DNA from: Candidatus Latescibacterota bacterium
GTDB lineage: Bacteria; Latescibacterota; UBA2968
Length of the DNA: 38,167 nt
NCBI GenBank assembly: GCA_038279365.1
Contig: JAYODI010000058.1
Location: 1-38,167, forward strand
Direction of reading: 5' to 3'
Within the stretch, counting starts at the first letter, position 1. Each line of letters begins with the position of its first letter. Made by a program: the position numbers and the translations under genes. Shown in pieces: positions 1 through 10,011 of this stretch. Under the pieces are notes generated by a model that searched no databases, was not told where the DNA came from, and saw nothing but the letters and a program-made list of their open reading frames with translations.

Positions 1-366
1 CGCATTGCTGGTTCTCTATTTTTAAATTGCTAAGTAAATTTCCCTAATGTTTTATATATCGGAAAAATAGTATTGAAAGTCTAATTAAATTTTGGGGTAT
101 GAAGTAACAATTGGGCAGATACTGCGTGTTTCATACTTGTAGGGTGTTAAATGAAGATTGGTAACGCATTTGAAACAGATCAAATGGGCTATAATGTTTA
201 CGAAAATAAATTTTTATAAAAAATTGTGTTGATTATTGAACGCAACAGAATTGTGATACAGTGTGAATAAAAACGACAATGTTATATATTTATAATTCAT
301 GGGGTTTTAAATATAAAATTATATTTTATAGTGCGTTAAGGAAAATTGCTTGCGGCGTGATGGGTT

Positions 367-381
367 TGGCACACGGGTTGC
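367..381 (+). promoter_or_regulatory. sigma54 (RpoN) -24/-12 promoter
   Basis: TGGCACACGGGTTGC matches TGGCAC-N5-TTGC with exactly 10 nt between GG and GC; about 50 nt upstream of ATG 434; preceded by about 330 nt of AT-rich DNA. Confidence 0.7.
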
Positions 382-433
382 CTATGTTTAGGGTGTCCAG
401 TGTTTGTGTGTCATTTGTTTGGGGAGGTGTTTT

Positions 434-880
434 ATGAAAATGAAAATTTGGTGTTTATTGCCGTTGTTTTTGATTGGGTGTGATGTGGTCGAACCGTCTT
501 TGTTAACAGGGTCTGTTGCAGAAATATCACCAGGTTCCTTTATTAATGCAACCGTCTCCATTTTGTACGAAGAAGGTTATACTGTTGATTCGGTTGATCG
601 CGAAGCGGGTTTGGTCACATCGCATTGGCGAGATGAATCGAGTTATGCCAGTCAGAATTTTTTGGATAGGTCTCGTCGCACGCGCATTTCAGTTGTGTTT
701 GATTTTTATACACAAAGTGTGAAGGTACAAATGACGAAACAAAAAAAAGAAGGGGATGATCCGTGGCGAAACGATGGTTTATCGGATAACGACCGAAATC
801 GGATGCAGGTTATTTTATCTCGAATTCAGGAACGCGCGCAATATATCGCCTCTGATGAGGCCGTTGTCGCAGTGGAATGA
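434..880 (+). CDS. Lipoprotein of unknown function (possibly BamC/NlpB-like helix-grip fold)
   Basis: SD GGAGG at 423-427 and ATG 434; lipobox LIGC after a hydrophobic stretch; segment GYTVDSVDREAGLVTSHW resembles BamC-like domains. Confidence 0.7.
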   Translation: MKMKIWCLLPLFLIGCDVVEPSLLTGSVAEISPGSFINATVSILYEEGYTVDSVDREAGLVTSHWRDESSYASQNFLDRSRRTRISVVFDFYTQSVKVQMTKQKKEGDDPWRNDGLSDNDRNRMQVILSRIQERAQYIASDEAVVAVE

Positions 881-969
881 TTTGAGTAAACTTTGCAAAA
901 TAAAAATGAGGGCACAGTGAAACAAGATTTGGGACCAGAGCATCTTATCGGCAATGGGACGGGGCTTTT

Positions 970-3240
970 ATGAAACGATTTTTGAGGGAGGTTTATGTGA
1001 AGGGGCTTGTTTTGTGGTTGGGATTGATGTTGCCTTTGCAAGCATTTGCACAACAGGCAACGTTGAGTGGGTTTGTGACAGACCGAAGCAATGGCGAAAC
1101 ACTGCCTTATACGTCTGTGGTGCTCAAAGGCAGTGATCGCCCGATTGGTGCATTGAGCAATGTAGACGGTTATTTTGCCATTCAAGGTGTGCCTGCAGAG
1201 ACCCAATTGGTGGTGGTGATTTCTTATATTGGATACATTGGTTTTCAAGACACGCTCACTTTTAAAGCGGGTGAAACGCGGCGCTTGGATGTGCAACTGA
1301 CTCCAGAACCGATTATGACCCAAGAGATTGTGGTGGAAGCCGAGCGTGATGAAGAAGAGCGTTTGATTCAGCCGGGGTTTATTGAAATTGAAACCGCTCA
1401 AATTCGTGAAATGCCCGCCATTGGCGAGGCCGATATTTTGCGCAGTTTGCAATTGTTGCCTGGTATTCAAGCGGCTTCCGACATCAGTTCGGGGCTGTAT
1501 ATACGCGGTGGTGGGCCCGATCAAACATTGATTTTACTCGATCAAATGCCGCTTTACAATCCGTCTCATGCATTTGGTTTTTTCTCCACATTTAACCCTG
1601 ATGCCATTAAAGATGTGAGCTTGCACAAAGGGGCTTACCCTGCGCAATATGGTGGGCGTTTGGGAGCGGTGTTGGATGTGCGCAATAAAGATGGTAATCG
1701 CAAGGGTTTTGAAGGCTCGGGCGGTGTGAGTTTGATTGCCTCGCGCTTGACCTTAGAAGGGCCTACCCGCAAAGGGTCTTGGATTGTGTCTGGACGGCGC
1801 ACATATATTGATCCACTGTTGTCTTTGGTGAGAAATGACAGCACCGATGTGCCCTCATACTATTTTTACGACTTAAATGCCAAGATCAATCAAGATATTT
1901 CGGAGAACAACAAACTGCAAGCCAGTGGTTATTTTGGGCGAGACGATCTGACTTTTGATGTGGATACAGACACGTTTTTTAAAATTCGTTGGGGCAATAC
2001 GGCATTTACGGGCAAATGGACCCATGTTTTTTCACCCACCTTATTTGGCAATTTTATGGTGGCAGGAAGCAAATATACAAGCACATCGACGTTGAACATT
2101 TTTGACACGCCTATTTTATTTAAAAACAGCATTCAAGACTATACGTTTAAGGGGGACTTGGATTGGTTTGCCACACAAGATCACGCTTTGAGCAGTGGGG
2201 TTTTGTTTACGCGCTACGATTTTGAATTTTTGCAAGAGTTTAACAATGAAGAACAACTTGCTTTGCGAGAAAAACCCAATTTGCTTTCGGCCTATATCCA
2301 AGATCATTGGCAACCGGGCACGCGTTGGGATATTCGATTGGGGACGCGGGGTAATTATTTTAGCGAGGGCAAACGGTGGCAAATTGAGCCACGTTTTTCG
2401 GCCAGTTATCAGGCCAAAGATGAATGGCGTGTGAAAACGGCGGGCGGGTTTTATCACCAATATTTACAGTTGGTAACGACTGAGGCTTTTGCTGGCAGTG
2501 ATTTTTGGGTGCCATTAGACGACACGGTTGAGCCAGGGCGTTCGTGGCAAGGGGTGGTGGGTGTTGAGTGGGAACCGTCGTTGCGCTATCAGCTTTCAGT
2601 GGAAGGGTATTACACCGATTTGGCCAACTTGGTGGTGCTTGATACCCGTGTGGCCGCAGACAGTGAAGCTGAAACGTCTGAAGAGGTTTTTGTGAGTGGT
2701 GGTACAGGATATGCCACTGGGGTTGAGTTTTTTTTACAGCGACGGACTGGGAAGTTGACGGGGTGGATTGGTTACACACTTGGGTGGACGCGTCGCCAAT
2801 TTGCAGAGATAAATGGGGGGCGTGAGTTTGCCCCCAAATATGATCGGCGTCACGATGTGTCTTTTGTGGCAAATTATCGGATGGGCAAGTGGTCGTTTGG
2901 TGCCAATTACGTATATGGCACCGGCCAAGCATTTACCCCTGCTTCGGCACGTTATACCCTTCGCTCGCCGGCCATTCCAGATTTGCAGATTGAGGATTTG
3001 GTTTTGCCAGCAGATAAAAACAGCGCCCGGTTGCTGCCGTATCACCGTTTGGATTTAAGCATGAAGCGCAAATTTGGCCTCTTTGGTACAGATTCGGAAG
3101 CATTTTTACAGGTGTTTAATGCCTACAATCGCCGCAATGAATGGTTTGTCCAGTATGATGTGGATGACCCCGAAACAGACCCCAAAGTGGTGAAGATGTT
3201 GCCTATTGTGCCAACAATTGGTGTGAACTTTGCCTTTTAA
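970..3240 (+). CDS. TonB-dependent receptor with N-terminal carboxypeptidase-regulatory-like domain
   Basis: Signal peptide; LSGFVTD...GETLPY domain; plug motifs LQLLPGI, GLYIRGG, KGAYPAQYGGRLGAV; C-terminal Phe (GVNFAF). Confidence 0.93.
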   Translation: MKRFLREVYVKGLVLWLGLMLPLQAFAQQATLSGFVTDRSNGETLPYTSVVLKGSDRPIGALSNVDGYFAIQGVPAETQLVVVISYIGYIGFQDTLTFKAGETRRLDVQLTPEPIMTQEIVVEAERDEEERLIQPGFIEIETAQIREMPAIGEADILRSLQLLPGIQAASDISSGLYIRGGGPDQTLILLDQMPLYNPSHAFGFFSTFNPDAIKDVSLHKGAYPAQYGGRLGAVLDVRNKDGNRKGFEGSGGVSLIASRLTLEGPTRKGSWIVSGRRTYIDPLLSLVRNDSTDVPSYYFYDLNAKINQDISENNKLQASGYFGRDDLTFDVDTDTFFKIRWGNTAFTGKWTHVFSPTLFGNFMVAGSKYTSTSTLNIFDTPILFKNSIQDYTFKGDLDWFATQDHALSSGVLFTRYDFEFLQEFNNEEQLALREKPNLLSAYIQDHWQPGTRWDIRLGTRGNYFSEGKRWQIEPRFSASYQAKDEWRVKTAGGFYHQYLQLVTTEAFAGSDFWVPLDDTVEPGRSWQGVVGVEWEPSLRYQLSVEGYYTDLANLVVLDTRVAADSEAETSEEVFVSGGTGYATGVEFFLQRRTGKLTGWIGYTLGWTRRQFAEINGGREFAPKYDRRHDVSFVANYRMGKWSFGANYVYGTGQAFTPASARYTLRSPAIPDLQIEDLVLPADKNSARLLPYHRLDLSMKRKFGLFGTDSEAFLQVFNAYNRRNEWFVQYDVDDPETDPKVVKMLPIVPTIGVNFAF

Positions 3241-3305
3241 GGATTGGTTATTTTTCATTAAAGTGAAAATGATGGGATTGTTGTCCCGTTTAAAAGGATC
3301 GTAAA

Positions 3306-4247
3306 ATGAAGAAAATGTTTTTGTTGTTGGGCGTGGTGATGTGGATGGGGTGTGCGGCTGAAAGAGATCGAGAGAGTTTGTTTTCGCCACAAGAAGTGGG
3401 TGTGTTGGTTGTTGATGCGCTTATGATTGTGGACAAACCTTTGCCCAATTTGTTTGTGCGTGAGACGGTTGCACCCAATGGCATTTACTCGCGCGAGTTG
3501 GCTGGGGTAACGGATGCGGAAGTTGTTATTTTGCACAATGGTGCTGAATATATCTATCAACACAGCCCCGATTCTTTGGGGTATTATTTGCCGCCTGAAA
3601 ATGCGCCTTTGGTGTTGCCCGAAGAAACGTATGTGTTGGGGGTCAAATCGCAAGGACGTGTGGTTTCGGCATCTACGCGCACCCCTGCACGCATTCAAAT
3701 TCGTGATGCGGTTTTGTTAAATGATAAGACACTTGAAGTGATGCGACAGTTTAAAACCTATCGAGATGGTCAAGATGTGGTTTTTACCGACCCTGTTAAT
3801 CAGGTGCCTTATCAATTGGGTCTGTTAGAAGCGCGGTTTAATCCTTTGGCTGTTGATGGATATCATGTGGCCATCGAAAGCTTGGACTTGGATTCGGAAC
3901 GGGTTTTGGAGTCTGATTTGTTAGAGGAAGATGATTATGCAGATTTGGAGCGTTTTGGCAGTTCGCCGGCCTTTGAAGCCAAAGATGGCAACCTGCGTTT
4001 GCCGTGGTTTGCCGTGGCCTTTGCTGGGCGGCACGTGATTCGGATTTATGCCATTGATAAAAACTGGTTTGACTTGGTTCGGTCTGTGCCCCAATTTTTA
4101 GGTGATGATGGTTCTTTGCAACCTGGGGGATTGGCCGGTGATAATTTTGAACGACCTCTGTTTCATATGGATGGTGGCATTGGCATTTTTGGTTCGGCGT
4201 CGGTCGATTCTTTGGGTTTTTTTGTGTTGCCAAAAACAGTTGAATAA
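3306..4247 (+). CDS. DUF4249-like lipoprotein
   Basis: Lipobox WMGC; LVVDAL, GVTDAEVVI and C-terminal GGIGIFGS motifs; lies directly downstream of a TonB receptor, typical for the family. Confidence 0.75.
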   Translation: MKKMFLLLGVVMWMGCAAERDRESLFSPQEVGVLVVDALMIVDKPLPNLFVRETVAPNGIYSRELAGVTDAEVVILHNGAEYIYQHSPDSLGYYLPPENAPLVLPEETYVLGVKSQGRVVSASTRTPARIQIRDAVLLNDKTLEVMRQFKTYRDGQDVVFTDPVNQVPYQLGLLEARFNPLAVDGYHVAIESLDLDSERVLESDLLEEDDYADLERFGSSPAFEAKDGNLRLPWFAVAFAGRHVIRIYAIDKNWFDLVRSVPQFLGDDGSLQPGGLAGDNFERPLFHMDGGIGIFGSASVDSLGFFVLPKTVE

Positions 4248-4267
4248 TTTTTTGAATGAGCTGTTGC

Positions 4268-4301
4268 AAAGGTGTCGTTTTTTATAATCGACACCTTTTT
4301 T
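4268..4301 (+). terminator. Intrinsic terminator
   Basis: AAAGGTGTCG / CGACACCTTT 10-bp stem followed by a T run. Confidence 0.7.
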
Positions 4302-4380
4302 CTTGTACGCTGTCTTCGGCAGAATAAAAAAAGGATAAGATCAATCAGGTAAGGAGTTTGGGTACCCTCAAATGTTATGC

Positions 4381-4410
4381 TTGACAGAGGTGTTCTTATG
4401 GTGTTATGCT
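4381..4410 (+). promoter_or_regulatory. sigma70-type promoter
   Basis: TTGACA-N18-TATGCT with TGn extension; 34 nt upstream of ATG 4444. Confidence 0.6.
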
Positions 4411-4443
4411 TTCCCAAACCAAATGTTTTGTGTGAGGAATGAA

Positions 4444-5265
4444 ATGACCGCTCAAGCGCAAAAAAGACAGTTTGAAGAAGAGGGTTTTCTTATTGTTGAA
4501 GATGTGTTGACACAAGCCGAATTGAAAACCTGTGCAGAAGAAATACATCGGTTGCATCAGGTGACGGCCCAGTTGGAGGCAACGGGCGATCCGGTGCTCA
4601 AACATTTTCAAAGAGAGCCTTATGCCAAAGAAAAAGAACACGATGGTTTGCCCGTATTGCGCAAGATTGAGCAGACCCGTGATTTTTCTGTGGTGTTTAA
4701 AGATTTGGCGGCACACCCCAAGTTGGTGTCGGTGATCCAAAACCTGATCGGTGAAGATTTGTTGTTGTTTCGCAGTACCTTGATGTTAAAACCTGCTTTT
4801 CACGGATCTGCTCATGCATTTCATCAAGATTCGGCTTATTGGCCAATGGATCCGCCCTCATTGGTCACGGTAAGCATCGCATTGACATCCTCTACTTCTG
4901 AAAATGGCTGTATTCAGGTCATTCCCAAGAGTCATAAATGGGGGATGAAAGATTGGGGTTTGATTGCCCAAAATACAGACAAGGCACAAGCCAACCGTGA
5001 CGATGTGGATACTTCTGGGGCCATTGAAGTTCCCCTAAAAGCTGGGAGTGCTGTGATGTTTCACAGCCTAACTGTGCATGGGTCTGGGCCAAATAAATCG
5101 CCAGATGCAAGGCATACGGCTTTGTATGCATATTTCCCACCCACCGTTAAATTGGTGGCCAGAGGCAGTGAGGTGACAGCGCGCAGTTTTCCTGTGATTT
5201 CGGGGCTAAATGGGCAAGAATTACTCTCAATGACATCTGTTTTGGATGCATCGGTAACAGGATAA
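4444..5265 (+). CDS. Phytanoyl-CoA dioxygenase (PhyH) family Fe/2OG oxygenase
   Basis: FEEEGFLIVEDVL, HQD facial-triad motif, ENGCIQVIPKSHK, distal HGSGPN..R; start reassigned to ATG 4444 after GAGG. Confidence 0.9.
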   Translation: MTAQAQKRQFEEEGFLIVEDVLTQAELKTCAEEIHRLHQVTAQLEATGDPVLKHFQREPYAKEKEHDGLPVLRKIEQTRDFSVVFKDLAAHPKLVSVIQNLIGEDLLLFRSTLMLKPAFHGSAHAFHQDSAYWPMDPPSLVTVSIALTSSTSENGCIQVIPKSHKWGMKDWGLIAQNTDKAQANRDDVDTSGAIEVPLKAGSAVMFHSLTVHGSGPNKSPDARHTALYAYFPPTVKLVARGSEVTARSFPVISGLNGQELLSMTSVLDASVTG

Positions 5266-5311
5266 GTGCATTTTGTGCGCTTGCGTTTTAATCAAACTTT
5301 TGGAGTATGAG

Positions 5312-6139
5312 TTGAAAATTGCTATTTTTACAGACGAGATCCACAAAGAAGATTACAAACGTGCTTTAAATCGGGCCGTGGAATGGGGCGTGAAATACGT
5401 GGAGGTGCGCGCCATTGACGGGGTTCGTTTGCCCAAAGTATCAGATGATATGCTGAAGGCATTTATTGGTTATGTGCACGATTTGGGTTTGTCGATATCG
5501 GGGTTGTCTCCGGGATTTTTCAAGTGTGATTTGGCCGACCCTGAGGTACAAAAAACATTAGATGATGTGATGCCCCGCTTGTGTGAGGTGGCCGGTCAAT
5601 GGGGCACCGATTTGATGACGTGTTTTAGCTTTAAACGACGTGCAGATGGTGTTTTTCCAACAGAAGTCATTGATCGTTTGGGACAAGCTGCCAACCGAGT
5701 TCGCGAAGCGGGGTGTCGGTTGGTGGTTGAAAATGTGGCAGGGTGTTGGGGGGCTACGGGTGTCGAAGTGGCAGATATTATTCGACAGGTGGGTGATGAA
5801 CGTTTGGGGTTGTGTTGGGACCCTGGAAATGCGGCACGCGGGGGTGCAGAAATCCCATTTCCTCAAGATTATCAGGTGGTCAAAGATTTGGTCGATCACG
5901 TTCATGTAAAAAACTATGTTCCAAATGAACAAACTTGGGGGTTGGTCGATGAAGGTGTTGTCGATTGGAAAGGGCAATTACAGGCATTGGCTCAAGATGG
6001 TTTTGGTGGGATGTTGGTTATTGAAACGCATTTAACCAATCGTCCTTCAGGGCGCACTGTTGCGCCTTCGGGTATGATTGACTTGGAGATCAATACGTAT
6101 GATAATTTAATGGCAACACGTGCTTGTTTGGCAGTATAA
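5312..6139 (+). CDS. Sugar phosphate isomerase/epimerase (xylose isomerase-like TIM barrel)
   Basis: FTDEI, VEN, WDPGN, HVHVKN and IETH metal-ligand motifs; probable TTG start at 5312 after GGAG. Confidence 0.85.
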   Translation: MKIAIFTDEIHKEDYKRALNRAVEWGVKYVEVRAIDGVRLPKVSDDMLKAFIGYVHDLGLSISGLSPGFFKCDLADPEVQKTLDDVMPRLCEVAGQWGTDLMTCFSFKRRADGVFPTEVIDRLGQAANRVREAGCRLVVENVAGCWGATGVEVADIIRQVGDERLGLCWDPGNAARGGAEIPFPQDYQVVKDLVDHVHVKNYVPNEQTWGLVDEGVVDWKGQLQALAQDGFGGMLVIETHLTNRPSGRTVAPSGMIDLEINTYDNLMATRACLAV

Positions 6140-6189
6140 GAGGGTATTTCTGTTGTATGTGAAAGTTAATTTTTGAAGGAGACCACACG

Positions 6190-7173
6190 ATGGCGAAACA
6201 AAAGATTCGTATGGGGTTGATTGGTTGTGGTGGGAACATGCAACGTGCACATTTGCCAAGACTCAAGGCAGATGGTGCCGTCGAGGTTGTCGGTGTGGCC
6301 GACCCCGATGAAAGTCAAGCACAAGCCTTATTTGGTGAATGGGGCAGTGAAGCCGAATATTTCGATGATTTTAGGCAGTTGGTTCGCAATGTTGAAATGG
6401 ACGCCATGTTGATTAGCTCACCCCATGCTTTGCATTATGAGCAGGCGCGCTTGTCTTTGCAAAAGGGATTGCATGTATTGATTGAAAAACCTCTGACAAT
6501 TGCTTCGCGTCAGACCAAGTCGTTGATTAATTTGTCGGATAAATTGAAATTGTATCTGGTGGTGGCGTATCAAAGAAACTATATGGCACCCCATATGTAT
6601 GCCCGAGAGTTGATCTTAAATGGCGAGTTGGGTGAGTTGCGCAGTGTGGTCGCCTATGTGACTCAAAACTGGGGTGGGGCGCGTGGTTGGCGTTTGGACC
6701 CAGAGTTGGCGGGTGGGGGGATGTTTATGGATACGGGCAGTCACTTGGTGGCGTCTGTGTTGTGGATTACGGGGCTTGAGCCTGTGGAAGTGTCGGCATT
6801 TATCGACAATGCAGGAAAGGCCGTTGATACCAATGCGGTGGTGAACATGCGTTTTAAGGGTGGGGCCGTGGGGTCGTTAAACACCATTGGGAATGCAGAT
6901 CGGCACGATGAGCGCATTGCCATTCACGGAAGTAAGGGCACGCTGGTGTTTCATTTGCATCAATGGAAAGTGAAGCAGGTTTTGCTCAACGATGAGCCCT
7001 TAAAAGTGCCTTCGCGCATTGTAGAGACCTCACCCGATGACGCTTTTTTGACCCTTATTCGCAATGGTGGGCAAGGGTATTCGCCCCCCGATTTTGCATT
7101 GCAAGTGGCACGGTTGTCTGAGGCGGCATATCGTTCGGCCTCGGGCAAAAAACCCGTGAAGGTGTCGCGATAA
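6190..7173 (+). CDS. Gfo/Idh/MocA family oxidoreductase
   Basis: GLIGCGG Rossmann motif, HVLIEKP, GGGMFMDTGSH. Confidence 0.92.
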   Translation: MAKQKIRMGLIGCGGNMQRAHLPRLKADGAVEVVGVADPDESQAQALFGEWGSEAEYFDDFRQLVRNVEMDAMLISSPHALHYEQARLSLQKGLHVLIEKPLTIASRQTKSLINLSDKLKLYLVVAYQRNYMAPHMYARELILNGELGELRSVVAYVTQNWGGARGWRLDPELAGGGMFMDTGSHLVASVLWITGLEPVEVSAFIDNAGKAVDTNAVVNMRFKGGAVGSLNTIGNADRHDERIAIHGSKGTLVFHLHQWKVKQVLLNDEPLKVPSRIVETSPDDAFLTLIRNGGQGYSPPDFALQVARLSEAAYRSASGKKPVKVSR

Positions 7174-7192
7174 GAGTGGTTATACCGTGCTT

Positions 7193-8098
7193 ATGAACAA
7201 GAATGCCCGGCCTCTTATCGTTGCGCTTGGCGAGGTCCTGTGGGATATCTTTCCAACTGGCAGGCATTTGGGAGGTGCGCCTGCTAACTTTGCTGTTCAT
7301 TGTGCTGAGTTGGGTGCCCGTTCTGTATTGGTCAGTGGGGTTGGGCATGATGATCTGGGGCGTCAGGCCGTATCTGCATTGTCTGAACATGGGGTAGACA
7401 CCCGCTGGGTTCAGGTAGAAGAACGGCATCCCACGGGTACTGTGCCTGTGACATTGGTCGATGGACAACCCAGCTACGAGATCGTAGAAGGTGTGGCGTG
7501 GGATCATATTTTATGGCAAGAAGACTTTGAAGCGTTGGCCAAAACGGCCAACGCCATTTGTTTTGGTAGTTTGGCACAAAGAAGCCCACAAAGCCGGGAG
7601 ACCATTCAACGATTTGTTGATGCCACCACACAGCAGTGTTTGCGGGTTTTGGACGTGAACTTTCGCCAACATTATCATTCATCAGCAGTGTTTTTGCAGT
7701 CTTTGGCATTGGCCAATGTGGTGAAGCTCAATGAAGACGAAGTGGCTCTGTTGCGCTTGTATGTGGGGGGCTCTATGGATCGCGATGTATTTTTACATGA
7801 GTTACGGGCACGTTTTAATTTGGATTGGGTGATACTGACATTGGGCGCTTTGGGATGTTGTGTGTTTGGTGAGAATGGGGTGGTTTCTGTGCCGGGCACG
7901 TCACAAGACGTGGTGAATACAGTTGGGGCAGGAGATGCTTTTACGGCAGCATTTGTTTGTCATTATTTAAAAGGCGAAGCGGTCGCTATGGGTGCGCAAT
8001 ATGCCAACGCTTTGGGTGGGTATGTGACCACACAAGAAAGTGGCACCCCGCACTTACCCAATGACTTTTGCATTTGGAGCAATGATGCCAACACATAA
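7193..8098 (+). CDS. PfkB family carbohydrate kinase (fructokinase-like)
   Basis: GEVLWD, GGAPAN, DVNFR, KLNEDE, NTVGAGDAF; start could instead be GTG 7187. Confidence 0.92.
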   Translation: MNKNARPLIVALGEVLWDIFPTGRHLGGAPANFAVHCAELGARSVLVSGVGHDDLGRQAVSALSEHGVDTRWVQVEERHPTGTVPVTLVDGQPSYEIVEGVAWDHILWQEDFEALAKTANAICFGSLAQRSPQSRETIQRFVDATTQQCLRVLDVNFRQHYHSSAVFLQSLALANVVKLNEDEVALLRLYVGGSMDRDVFLHELRARFNLDWVILTLGALGCCVFGENGVVSVPGTSQDVVNTVGAGDAFTAAFVCHYLKGEAVAMGAQYANALGGYVTTQESGTPHLPNDFCIWSNDANT

Positions 8099-9947
8099 TC
8101 AAATTGCAGGGGCACTTCAAAAACGGTTGCTTGGCCGCGTGAATGTCGAAGATCCAAAACGATGCGAGTTGCATCGTTTTATTTTGTCTCGGCTCAATCG
8201 TTTTCAGTGCCCAGATCAGGCCAAAGATTGGGCGCAAATGGCTTCTCGGTTGCGCAAACGCTTTTTGGATGAGGTGTATCTTAAAGGACATGCCTTGGAG
8301 GTCATTCACGCACAGCCAGAAGTGGTTTGGGGTGATGTGATTGAAACGGGGCGTGGATATCGGATTCGAAAGTTGCGCTATGAAGGGTATCCGGGCATGT
8401 GGGTGCCTGCACTTTTGTACGAACCCGATGTGCTGAACGGAAAAATTCCTGCTGTGCTAAACCCCAATGGCCACCACGAAGGTGGCAAGGCGATGGATTA
8501 CAAACAGGCGCGATGTATCAATTTGGCCAAACGTGGGATGTTGGCACTTAATACCGAGTTTATTGGTATGGGTGAGTTGGTGGCCAATCGAGATCATTAT
8601 CGCATTGGGCATATGGACTTAAGTGGCAAAGCGGGTGTGGGGGTTTTTTACTTGGCCATGAAGCGTGCGTTGGATGTGTTGGTTGCGCACCCCAATTGTG
8701 ATCCTGACCGTGTGGCCATGACGGGGCTTTCTGGGGGCGGATGGCAAACGGCGGTTTTGAGTGCATTGGATGAACGTGTGAAAGTGATTGTGCCTGTGGC
8801 AGGGCATTCGCCAGTTTGGCAACGGGTGTCTTGTTTGGCCGATATTGGTGACTTAGAGCAAGTGCCTTCCGATTTGTGTACTGTGGCCGATTTTGATACG
8901 ATGACGGCGTTGTTTGCACCTCGCCCCACGTTGTTGATCTATAATTTGAATGACGATTGTTGTTTTCGAAGTCGTCGTACGCGCAAGAGTGTCTATGCGC
9001 CTGTAAAACCTTTGTATGAATTGTTGGGGGTAGGAGATCATTTAGCGTTTTATGAGAACCGCAATCCAGGTACACATAATTATGAGGCCGACAGTCGTGG
9101 GCAGTTGTATCGTTTTTTAAACAAGCATTTTGCACTTGATACACCCGAAAGTGATTTGCCTTTTAAAGAAGAATTGTTGAGTGAATCGCAATTGAATGTG
9201 GGGTTGCCAAAAGACAATGCAACATTGATTTCTTTGGCCAATGAGAATTTTTTACAGATCAAAAAGCCCGATATACCCAAAAGTGATCGAACGAAATGGA
9301 TTGGAAAGACCCGCGAAAAACTCAATGCTGTGATTCAGTTGCCATCTTTTCGGGTGCAAGATGAGGTGGTATCAACACGTGGTGGTGTTGTACAGCATTT
9401 GGTTCGGTTGAGTCATACCTGGACGCTTCCAGTGACCGAATTTTTGGGCGAAGGCGATACAATTTTGATGTTTGCCGATGGTGGTCGGTCGGCTCGTGTG
9501 GCACAGGCAGAAGCGTTGGTTCAAGAAGGGCATCGGGTGCTGGTGTGTGATGTGTTTGGCACCGGCGAATCCAAAACACCTGCTGGTATGCAAATGGTGT
9601 TGGCTGGGGCAGGTGAACGACCATTGGGTGTGTTGGTGGGGCAAGTTTTGGCTTTGGCGCGTTGGGCTGGTGGGCGCAAAAATATTCGGGTAGTGGCCAA
9701 TGGGATGTTAACATCATTTGCCGTTTTATGTGCCGCCGCATTGGAACCCAAACGCTTTTCGCATTTGCAATTGAATGGCTTGCTCAATCAGTTGAAACAG
9801 GTGATCGATTTTCCTATTTCCTATACCGATGTGCCATCTCTTTTTTGTTTTGGTTTGGCAACCGTGGTTGATGTGCCAGACTTATTGGCGCTAACGGAAG
9901 GGCTTGATGTTGAGATGATGGGGCGTGGGCCGATTCAGCCGGTTTGA
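8082..9947 (+). CDS. Acetylxylan-esterase-like alpha/beta hydrolase (two-domain)
   Basis: PNGH motif, nucleophile motif GLSGGG, DDCCF, GTHNY; degenerate second hydrolase module; ATG 8082 after GGAG overlaps the upstream stop. Confidence 0.8.
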   Translation: MMPTHNQIAGALQKRLLGRVNVEDPKRCELHRFILSRLNRFQCPDQAKDWAQMASRLRKRFLDEVYLKGHALEVIHAQPEVVWGDVIETGRGYRIRKLRYEGYPGMWVPALLYEPDVLNGKIPAVLNPNGHHEGGKAMDYKQARCINLAKRGMLALNTEFIGMGELVANRDHYRIGHMDLSGKAGVGVFYLAMKRALDVLVAHPNCDPDRVAMTGLSGGGWQTAVLSALDERVKVIVPVAGHSPVWQRVSCLADIGDLEQVPSDLCTVADFDTMTALFAPRPTLLIYNLNDDCCFRSRRTRKSVYAPVKPLYELLGVGDHLAFYENRNPGTHNYEADSRGQLYRFLNKHFALDTPESDLPFKEELLSESQLNVGLPKDNATLISLANENFLQIKKPDIPKSDRTKWIGKTREKLNAVIQLPSFRVQDEVVSTRGGVVQHLVRLSHTWTLPVTEFLGEGDTILMFADGGRSARVAQAEALVQEGHRVLVCDVFGTGESKTPAGMQMVLAGAGERPLGVLVGQVLALARWAGGRKNIRVVANGMLTSFAVLCAAALEPKRFSHLQLNGLLNQLKQVIDFPISYTDVPSLFCFGLATVVDVPDLLALTEGLDVEMMGRGPIQPV

Positions 9948-10011
9948 CGGTTGTGCGTTTTGTGGCCAGTATGAATATTTTAAGTGGTGTTTTTTATGAA
10001 TAGGAGTCTCA

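Noticed and set aside
1-340. Replication origin in the AT-rich region
   Set aside because: No clustered TTATCCACA boxes or origin-linked genes; better explained as a promoter/enhancer region
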